Shown here: piece after piece, positions 57,301 through 64,000 of the stretch
Layout of the letters: every line of letters begins with the position of its first letter
Numbering within the stretch: the first letter of the stretch is position 1
IMG/VR virus record: IMGVR_UViG_2721755587_000001
Reading direction: 5' to 3' (one strand)
Source: a virus
Taxonomy: Duplodnaviria; Caudoviricetes
DNA length: 64,000 nt
Translations under genes and position numbers: made by a program
The notes under the pieces: generated by a model
Database searches by the model: none
Seen by the model: only the letters and a program-made list of their open reading frames with translations
Told to the model about the DNA's origin: nothing

Positions 57301-57545
57301 TGTGTGGGTTCCAGAAGTTCTACGGCTGCGGCCATGATCTGGCCAATCTCCATCCCGGTCATACCTGGATCCGAGCAGATTTCCTTCGCAGTCATGAGGA
57401 CGTCCTTGCCCTTGCGCGCCGCGATCTTCTGCAGCGCGCTTCCGAGCTCGTCCATGCGTTCGCGGTACCGGTCGCCGAGCAGGCGCTTGATGGTGTCGCG
57501 CACCTCATACAGCTTTGCCGCGATTTGGATGGCTTGCTGAGTCAT
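57297..57545 (-). CDS. hypothetical protein
   Basis: ATGA overlaps. Confidence 0.6.
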   Translation of the reverse strand: MTQQAIQIAAKLYEVRDTIKRLLGDRYRERMDELGSALQKIAARKGKDVLMTAKEICSDPGMTGMEIGQIMAAAVELLEPTQ

Positions 57546-57958
57546 GCGGCACCCCCTTGCAGAGCCTGGTGCCCCGCCTTGATCCGGGTGGCCACGCCAC
57601 CGCGCCAGCGCCAGCCTGGTGCGATCGCCTTCGTGCTAATCCGCTCCCGGCGCAGCTGCAGAGTTACTTTCGGCACGTCGCGCCAGTTGCCATCGAATCC
57701 TTCAGGGACGACGTATGTCCAGTAATGGCACTCAAGCCATAGGTCGAGCGGGCAGTGCTCTTCGTACTCAGGCTCGTAGTAGCCGCTCATGTAGCCGATT
57801 ACTGGCGTACCCTTGAGCGCACCGATACAGCCCGGGTGATCGCCCTCCGTCGGATCGTGGCCAAACACGTCAGAGTCCATGTCGCGGCCCCATCCGCCGT
57901 GCGAGCGCAGCAGCTCAATGGCGCGCTTCGCATGCTTTTTGTAGATTCGTGGGTTCAT
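57542..57958 (-). CDS. hypothetical protein
   Basis: starts MNPRIYKK with ATGA overlap. Confidence 0.6.
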   Translation of the reverse strand: MNPRIYKKHAKRAIELLRSHGGWGRDMDSDVFGHDPTEGDHPGCIGALKGTPVIGYMSGYYEPEYEEHCPLDLWLECHYWTYVVPEGFDGNWRDVPKVTLQLRRERISTKAIAPGWRWRGGVATRIKAGHQALQGGAA

Positions 57959-58359
57959 GCTGCACCGCCTTCCGGCTCTTGGCCGGTGGGCTTTGGCGCT
58001 GCGGGAGCGGCGGCGAGAGCAGCCTGATATACCGGAGCGACGCGAAAAGGGTAGCGAGGCCACTCGCGCAGCTTCTCCTGCATGGCTTGACACATGGTCT
58101 GTGTCGGTTCGACCGGCACCAGCCGATACCCATCTGGCACCCCCGCCTCTGTGGGCGCTCGGCGGTTCCAGGCATCGATGGTTATCTTCTCCAGCCAATC
58201 GAATCCGTGTCGGATCGCAGCATTGGTCAATTGGAAACGGCATCCTTTGCACTTTATTGTCAATTTCCGGCTGCGCGTGTGGTTGTTGCCCTGAGGCCGA
58301 AGTTCGGGCTCTCCGCCACAAAACGGGCACGGCTCCAGCCGCTCTGCGCGCTCAGTCAT
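57955..58359 (-). CDS. Lar-family restriction alleviation protein
   Basis: LEPCPFCGG...CKGC...AWNRR. Confidence 0.8.
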   Translation of the reverse strand: MTERAERLEPCPFCGGEPELRPQGNNHTRSRKLTIKCKGCRFQLTNAAIRHGFDWLEKITIDAWNRRAPTEAGVPDGYRLVPVEPTQTMCQAMQEKLREWPRYPFRVAPVYQAALAAAPAAPKPTGQEPEGGAA

Positions 58360-58733
58360 GCTGCCTCCTTGGCGGCCCAACCGTATTCCAGCCCGGCAGA
58401 CTGAGCCACGCGGTGGACGGTGTTATATTCCATATCCTTCCAGTAGAAGGTGTTGTTGTTCCCAGCGCCTACATATAGCAGCGCCATCAGATGGGCGGCC
58501 TTGCCCTTCTTTTTGCTCGCCTGGTCGCGCACACGGATGCTTGTATTGCCGGTGCCGCTGGTCTTGTGCGGGTAGAAGATAAGCGTCACATCCGGCGAAA
58601 CGAAGCGGAATGCCTCGTAGTCGTTGGTGCCCCATTGGAGACGGCCGCCAGCGCCGGCTAGCACCTTCTCGGCGATGGAAAACTCTTGCTTGGCCAGGCG
58701 CTGGTAATTTCCGGCGTTCGGATCGCGGCTCAC
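58356..58733 (-). CDS. hypothetical protein
   Basis: GTGA overlap, RBS. Confidence 0.6.
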   Translation of the reverse strand: MSRDPNAGNYQRLAKQEFSIAEKVLAGAGGRLQWGTNDYEAFRFVSPDVTLIFYPHKTSGTGNTSIRVRDQASKKKGKAAHLMALLYVGAGNNNTFYWKDMEYNTVHRVAQSAGLEYGWAAKEAA

Positions 58734-59056
58734 TTCCCCGCTCCTTTGGCGATTGCGGCGCGGATAAGAGCGGCGCAGTCGTCAGCATCGATGGCGTCCG
58801 GGCTTTCGCAGATCGTGGCCGCTTCCTCCAGCGCCGCCGCGCGGGCCTCGGCGCGGGCGGCATCGAGCTCGCTGGCTGTGTACAGGCGTTCCCCGACTGG
58901 CTCTAGCTTGACCATCATTTCCTCGCCCACGTCATCCGAGACAACGCGGGCCAGTGCCGGCAGCAGCTTGGCGTAGTGCTCCACCTTCGGCTCGGCGGCG
59001 CGCACCAGTGCTTGCATGGCCTCGGCCAGCGCGCGGTGGTTAGCGATTCGACTCAT
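58730..59056 (-). CDS. hypothetical protein
   Basis: AALEEAATICE...CAALIRA. Confidence 0.6.
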   Translation of the reverse strand: MSRIANHRALAEAMQALVRAAEPKVEHYAKLLPALARVVSDDVGEEMMVKLEPVGERLYTASELDAARAEARAAALEEAATICESPDAIDADDCAALIRAAIAKGAGK

Positions 59057-59365
59057 GACCTCTCCATCCTATGTCCGATCTTCCGCAGATATGCGGGGGG
59101 GCAGGTCGCCCCAGTTAAATTCGTCTTTGAAGTCGCCACAGTGGTGTTCGCGCGGCGTCATGATGTGACCTGCGTCCGGGGTAATGCTCGATACACGAAT
59201 TCCGAGAATTGCAAACCTGTCTGCCCCCGAAACTGGCGCAGACTTGCGGCATTCCCCAACCAAGCTATTGGTCCATCGCCACCAGTCACAGCCAGCACAG
59301 CAAGGACCATGCTCGACGTAGAAGCGGTCAAGCAACTCTTGCCTGCGGTCTGCGATGTGGCTCAC
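59053..59365 (-). CDS. Cys-rich protein with a probable +1 frameshift in a C7 run near its 3' end
   Basis: CCAGCDWW, HCGDF; removing one C restores an ATGA overlap with the next gene. Confidence 0.5.
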
Positions 59366-59547
59366 GGCAGGCACCATTGAGAGCCGCCGCATACGCCGGA
59401 GCCGTCTTCTACATCTTCCATATACCAGCCGGTGTCGCCGTTCTCGTAGGCTTTCGGGGTGACAGATTCCACTTTCCCGCACCTGCAGCAGCGAAAGTGG
59501 AGAAGATCGTCCTCGTCGGGCGTGCTCGTCTCAGCGTTCTCAGTCAT
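59362..59547 (-). CDS. small Cys-rich protein
   Basis: AAAGGAG RBS; CCRCG. Confidence 0.55.
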   Translation of the reverse strand: MTENAETSTPDEDDLLHFRCCRCGKVESVTPKAYENGDTGWYMEDVEDGSGVCGGSQWCLP

Positions 59548-61225
59548 GACCCTCTCCTTTTGCGATTGCGGAGTCGATGGCGGCGTCGAGGCTCGATGGG
59601 TCAACATCCCATCCGTGCGACGGCTCAGCTTTCCAGATTCGAGTCATCAATGGGCCATCGCCGTCATATTCATCCTCCAGATAGCCCCACTTGTCTCGCA
59701 GCCACCGATACCGCTCCGCATTGCGCTTGTCTTCGCAGGGCGGCTCTGCGGCCAGCAGGGCGCGGATGTGCTCATTGAATGCCCAAGTAAGGTGCGATGA
59801 CCCCTGCCTTGGCCCGGCGATGTAGCCGAACTCGATCCCGACTGCGTCACGCTGCTGAATCATCATGGCGAAGTTGGCAACGTCTACCGGATCCCCCTTC
59901 TGGACGTGGTCGACCAGCAGGCGTGCCAGATACTCGTTCGTGCATGCGTGCCGGTCATCCCAACCTCCCCGACCCTTGGCGCGGCTGGCAGCCATCTTGG
60001 CTTTCATGGCGGCTGCGAAGCGGTCCACGGCGGTGTCGTCCGGATGCTGAGCCCCGGCCGGCGCTTCGGCGGGCAGGATGGCTGCATCCCATTCACGGCG
60101 AAGGTCATTTAGGCTTTGGGCCCATTCATCAGATAGCGTGTCGCCTGCGCGCTGCGCAAGGTTGAATGCGGCATTGGCCAACTTGGTGCCGGCTGTGCGA
60201 ATGGCATCCGTCAGCGCCTTGGCGCTCGGTTGCGGGGCGGCTGGCGATGCGTCGAGCAGGGCGCTGTGCTGATCTTCCGTGATGGCGCCTGCCACGTTGA
60301 GCAAGTCGGCCCATTCCCAGCCTTCCTCATCGCTCACGATTTCCAGCATTTCGGGAGTCATGCGCAACGGCACCAACGCGAATCCATCCGGCACCGTCAG
60401 TGCTGCCGGCGATGCGCTCGGCGCAGGGGCGTCGTCGTAAACAGCACGCGTGTATCCGTAGTGCTCAGCTAGGGCGCGGTCCGTGACGTAGAAGCATGCG
60501 CCTGCAACTTCCGGCGAAAGCCACGCCACCGGCTCGCTGCCATCCTCGCTGAGGACGGGGGCGGACGGCTTGTTGGCCCAGCCGCGCCATGCGTGCTCAG
60601 TGTCGTCGTTCCAGTAAGTGGCGGGTCCCACGCCGTCAGCAGTCGTGATGCTGCCGTGGTAAGCACAGGTGGTCAGGTCGTAACCCTGCTGCTTGGCGAA
60701 TGCACTGAAGTCCGCCCCGCCAACAGGTGCCGGGGGAGCGGCGCAACTGCACCGGCCAAGCCACTCTCCGTCCGCGCGGTGTACGTCGCCAGTGCCGTCG
60801 CACTTCTGGCATGCCGGGGCAGCGGCGCAGAGGGCGGCGGAGTTGGCCCCGCCCCTGGGCATCTGGTGGTAGTTCTTAAGCCACGGCATCTCGCGCGCCA
60901 TTCTTTCCCGTGCAGTCGTGTCGGAAGTGGACTGGGCGCGCTTCATCGCGTTGTAGTCGGCCAGTAGTTCCTGGGAGACATAGACGCAGCCCTCGGGTGG
61001 CGCAGCGGGAGCGGCGTGGAGGGCGGTGATTGCCGCATCAGCGATCTCAGCGACGCGAGTCTCGTCCTCGGCTACCAGGCGGAAGTCGTCAGAGCACATC
61101 GTGCCGCAGCCCCATACGCTCCATACCCGAAGGCAGTCATACGCTTCGCCGAGCGCTTCAGAAACTGCCGAGCAGACAGACTCCCGCTGAGCTCCGCTGA
61201 TTACTGGTCCTTGCGGTCTGGTCAT
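59540..61225 (-). CDS. mosaic accessory protein (Eaa-like modules)
   Basis: CQKCDGTG; PDGFALVP; KGDPVDVANFAMM; NAERYRWLRD. Confidence 0.7.
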   Translation of the reverse strand: MTRPQGPVISGAQRESVCSAVSEALGEAYDCLRVWSVWGCGTMCSDDFRLVAEDETRVAEIADAAITALHAAPAAPPEGCVYVSQELLADYNAMKRAQSTSDTTARERMAREMPWLKNYHQMPRGGANSAALCAAAPACQKCDGTGDVHRADGEWLGRCSCAAPPAPVGGADFSAFAKQQGYDLTTCAYHGSITTADGVGPATYWNDDTEHAWRGWANKPSAPVLSEDGSEPVAWLSPEVAGACFYVTDRALAEHYGYTRAVYDDAPAPSASPAALTVPDGFALVPLRMTPEMLEIVSDEEGWEWADLLNVAGAITEDQHSALLDASPAAPQPSAKALTDAIRTAGTKLANAAFNLAQRAGDTLSDEWAQSLNDLRREWDAAILPAEAPAGAQHPDDTAVDRFAAAMKAKMAASRAKGRGGWDDRHACTNEYLARLLVDHVQKGDPVDVANFAMMIQQRDAVGIEFGYIAGPRQGSSHLTWAFNEHIRALLAAEPPCEDKRNAERYRWLRDKWGYLEDEYDGDGPLMTRIWKAEPSHGWDVDPSSLDAAIDSAIAKGEGHD

Positions 61226-61668
61226 TGGGCGTCTCCCGAACGGTCCTTGATGCGCCAGTCGATGGCCAGTTTCTCGAAGGTCTCACCGCCACGCTCGAAG
61301 TAGAGGTGGACTTCCTTGGATGGGCGGCTGTCCATGCGAAGCACCTTCAGGCAATCTTCGAAGATGGCTTCGTCCAGGCAGCGGAGATCCGTAAGGTCGA
61401 ACGGAAATCGTGTTCCGTTGTATAGACCCAACAGGAACTTTGCTACGTACTTGCACTGCCCGCTGCAACCGTGTGCCAGCTCGTAGAGCCGCTTCAACGA
61501 CTCCAGGCCGTCGCTCTGGTCTTGCGCGCGTACTTTTGCAGCTCGTTGGGCATCAGTCTCGCCGCGCCTGAATTGCGCGACCATTTCCATAAAGGGACTG
61601 ATATCTAGCACCGGCAACTTGATGCTGACCTCGCGCATTTCGGTAGTGACGGATTCACTCATGGTCAT
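61222..61668 (-). CDS. conserved hypothetical protein
   Basis: SGQCKYVAKFLLGLYNGTRFPFDLTDLRCLD. Confidence 0.7.
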   Translation of the reverse strand: MTMSESVTTEMREVSIKLPVLDISPFMEMVAQFRRGETDAQRAAKVRAQDQSDGLESLKRLYELAHGCSGQCKYVAKFLLGLYNGTRFPFDLTDLRCLDEAIFEDCLKVLRMDSRPSKEVHLYFERGGETFEKLAIDWRIKDRSGDAQ

Positions 61669-61751
61669 CTCACGATTGGTTGGGGGATCCGCCGATTCGG
61701 CTTGGCAGCCGAAGCGACAGGGCACTTAGTTGGTGTGATAAATGAAGCACA

Positions 61752-61871
61752 TCAATTGATGCCCAAGAACACGATCAGGGCGAACAGGACGCCAACTCCG
61801 GACACGCCGAGAATGCTGCGGATCATCCCGGGAGGGCGTTGGTCCCACTCCTTAGGCGAGATGATGTTCAT
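61752..61871 (-). CDS. 39-aa single-TM peptide
   Basis: MNIISPKEWDQRPPGMIRSILGVSGVGVLFALIVFLGIN; ATGA overlap. Confidence 0.5.
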   Translation of the reverse strand: MNIISPKEWDQRPPGMIRSILGVSGVGVLFALIVFLGIN

Positions 61872-62152
61872 TGCGCGACTCCCGAGTTGCTCAGGTCCGC
61901 ATCGTCCGAGTCGATCTCATTCCCGTCCTCGTCCGCCCACTCTTCCCACTCGCCGTCTTGCTGGAGCACTTCAAGGCCGCCGGCATTGGCATAGTCAGGC
62001 TTGATGCGATTGGTCAGATGGAACAGGTCATAGTCCGCGAGGACAGCCAAGAGCTTCTTGGCTTCCGTTGGCGATGCGACTTCCACGTTGAAGCATGGGC
62101 CTGGCACCTGAGGTACCCACCAGACGCGCAGCGCACCTGCGTTGTTTGACAT
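61868..62152 (-). CDS. P22 gp17-like (anti-)exclusion protein
   Basis: LRVWWVPQVP...LADYDLF...IKPDYANAGGL. Confidence 0.75.
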   Translation of the reverse strand: MSNNAGALRVWWVPQVPGPCFNVEVASPTEAKKLLAVLADYDLFHLTNRIKPDYANAGGLEVLQQDGEWEEWADEDGNEIDSDDADLSNSGVAQ

Positions 62153-62302
62153 ATATGCTCCTCATTTATGCGCAATCGATCTACCGGCCGCTGCTTCGCA
62201 ATCCTCGCCACGCCGCACTTTTGCTCGCTGTAGGGGTGGCTTCTGCCCTTCGTTGGGCCGGTGGGTTTGCTGCTTTCTGGGTGCCACAGAGGCTCTGGAA
62301 AA

Positions 62303-62374
62303 ATGCGTATGTGGCTATAAATAAGTGTATGAGGCTATCTGCGGACGGTCAAGCAAAATATCCGTATATGGCTA
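62303..62374 (-). promoter_or_regulatory. leftward sigma70 promoter with three operator-like sites
   Basis: TTGACC-17-TACACT (62352-62324); sites at 62303, 62323 and 62360. Confidence 0.75.
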
Positions 62375-62595
62375 TTAAAATGCGGTTACGGGTTGTGTGC
62401 TGGGAGGGACAAAACGCCTGGGGAGTGCTACAATAGCGCCTACATTGCGTGGCCTAGGATGGCTTAAAAGTGTGCATAATTTAAGCCGCTACCCCACGTA
62501 GATTGAAGGCTTTCGGGCGCTCAAAAGTTGAGCAAGTATTATGCGGTTGGGGACTATTCCTAGTCCCTATGCGGGCGGCAGGGTAGCGCAATCCC

Positions 62596-62642
<47 letters not shown>

Positions 62643-62650
62643 GTATTAAG

Positions 62651-62685
62651 AAAAACCCGCACAGCGATTGTGGTGCGGGTTTTTT
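62651..62685 (+). terminator. intrinsic terminator (likely the original tRNA terminator)
   Basis: AAAAACCCGCAC/GTGCGGGTTTTT. Confidence 0.85.
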
Positions 62686-63003
62686 GTTGCCTGTTCAAAA
62701 CGCCAGCATTTGGCCCGACAAAAATACGCGGCAACAAGCATCATCGAATTCTCCTTAATCTTTTCGAATCGACGCCGCCACCGATGCCGACGCCGCCAAG
62801 GGCTCTTGGCGTCCGGCCTGATCCTCCTCGCCTGCCTTTCCGCGCCGGTGGTGGCGCGCGGGTAGCGCTAAGGGACTAATGCATCTGTCCGATGCGGTTG
62901 CCGGCGAAATGCTTCACCATTGGAGGATGGCCGCCGTTGGCGATCCCACCGGGGTCTGGGCAGCTCCCTGCATCACGGAGTTTGCTCCACAGTGGAGAGC
63001 GCC

Positions 63004-63258
63004 ATGATGCCACCCGTGAAAACCAAGCACACCAACCTCGTGGTCGGCGAGCCCCTGGACTGGGATGCCGCCAGGGACGGGGAATTCTCAGGGCTGCCGG
63101 TGCACCTTGATGCGGCGCGTGGCGTGATGCACTCTTTCTGGCAGCCCACGGAGCAGGATATTGCGAACATCCTTGCCGGCATGCCTATCCGCCTGTCCGT
63201 GTTCGGTGAGGTGCACCCGCCCGTCGCGGTCGCGGTGACCAATGAGGTGGTGGGCTAG
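63004..63258 (+). CDS. hypothetical protein
   Basis: GGAG RBS; SFWQPT...HPPV. Confidence 0.6.
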   Translation: MMPPVKTKHTNLVVGEPLDWDAARDGEFSGLPVHLDAARGVMHSFWQPTEQDIANILAGMPIRLSVFGEVHPPVAVAVTNEVVG

Positions 63259-63446
63259 CGAAGCCCTTTGCCGATCCATCAGGCCAATCAGGTCTGTCGC
63301 GAAGGGTCAGCGGACTCTACAATCAAGCCATGGACCGTGTGGCGCGCATGTCTTTCCAGGCAGACGTTTGCTGTGCGCAGGGTCCCGAGGCACTGGTTTG
63401 GCCGGATGCCGTTTACCGCGTGCAACGCATACGATAGGAGTAAGGG

Positions 63447-63737
63447 ATGGCCAAACGCGAGCGCGCCGCCAGGGCCTTGCAGGACGAGGTGAGCCGGCGC
63501 ATCCAGCATCTTGATGACATTGTGGAGGACGGCGCGAAGATCCGGGTGCCGGCACCGCAAGCGCATGCGCGCGATGCGCGCGGGCGCAACTGGGATATGA
63601 AGACCTTCGCCAATGCCGCGGGTTATGAGCGGAGTATCCGGGCCGTGGTGGACAAGGCGCGCGACGAGTTCGACCTGACCGAGGTGCCGGGCCAGCAGAG
63701 TGCTGATCCCTTTGGCACTCCGCCCTCGCTGGAGTGA
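63447..63737 (+). CDS. hypothetical protein
   Basis: AGGAG RBS; HARDARGRNWD. Confidence 0.65.
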   Translation: MAKRERAARALQDEVSRRIQHLDDIVEDGAKIRVPAPQAHARDARGRNWDMKTFANAAGYERSIRAVVDKARDEFDLTEVPGQQSADPFGTPPSLE

Positions 63738-63757
63738 GCGTTTCATTGGAGTAAGGC

Positions 63758-64000
63758 ATGCACGCTTGCGATCTCTGCCATCTTCTCGTTGGTGCCCCGA
63801 CCACAGTGGAGCCGCACGAGAACCTGGCCGCATCGGGTGCGGGCGCACTTGGCATGGACATCAACTCGCGCTGGGTGGACCGGCCCTGGCGCTGCACGGT
63901 TTGCGGCGCCTGGATGTTCCAGAATGCCGCCCACGGTGAGCCGCCCAATGTCTGGCGCATGGGGCGCCGCCCCCAGGATCGCCCGCAGGAACGGACCTAG
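63758..64000 (+). CDS. small Cys-containing hypothetical protein
   Basis: GGAG RBS; CDLC, CTVCG. Confidence 0.55.
   Translation: MHACDLCHLLVGAPTTVEPHENLAASGAGALGMDINSRWVDRPWRCTVCGAWMFQNAAHGEPPNVWRMGRRPQDRPQERT

Noticed and set aside
3621-62303. Other GGAAAA hexamers (3621, 14791, 41264, 62298, 52632) as late promoters
   Set aside because: The first four lack NANNNT at the 29-nt spacing; 52632 fits (CAAGGT) but is intragenic and upstream of a terminator, so it may be chance

Overview
Bases 1 to about 62642 are the right-hand part of a P1-like (myovirus-type) prophage in a GC-rich betaproteobacterium-like host. It ends at an attR-like 47-bp 3' fragment of tRNA-Pro(GGG) followed by a terminator; three small, probably host, ORFs follow. 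The phage part carries two mosaic accessory regions (1-12.6 kb rightward, 56.9-62.2 kb leftward), a PacB-like terminase, a P1-type morphogenesis set, DarA/Hdf/DdrB-like antirestriction proteins, two receptor-binding modules, a frameshifted O-acyltransferase, an SOS-boxed SRAP cassette and a lysis cassette. Three signals stand out. (1) A ~2 kb transcription unit (12645-14630) lacking credible ORFs, built from chained long stems and repeated T-arm-like hairpins around one real tRNA-Gly: a candidate polycistronic array of tRNA-like RNAs. (2) A fixed-spacing late-promoter motif, GGAAA-N30-NANNNT, at 13 sites, most of them upstream of late genes. (3) A 15-bp operator-like motif overlapping the sigma70 early promoters. 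All protein calls come from motif recognition and gene context by eye; no database search was run.
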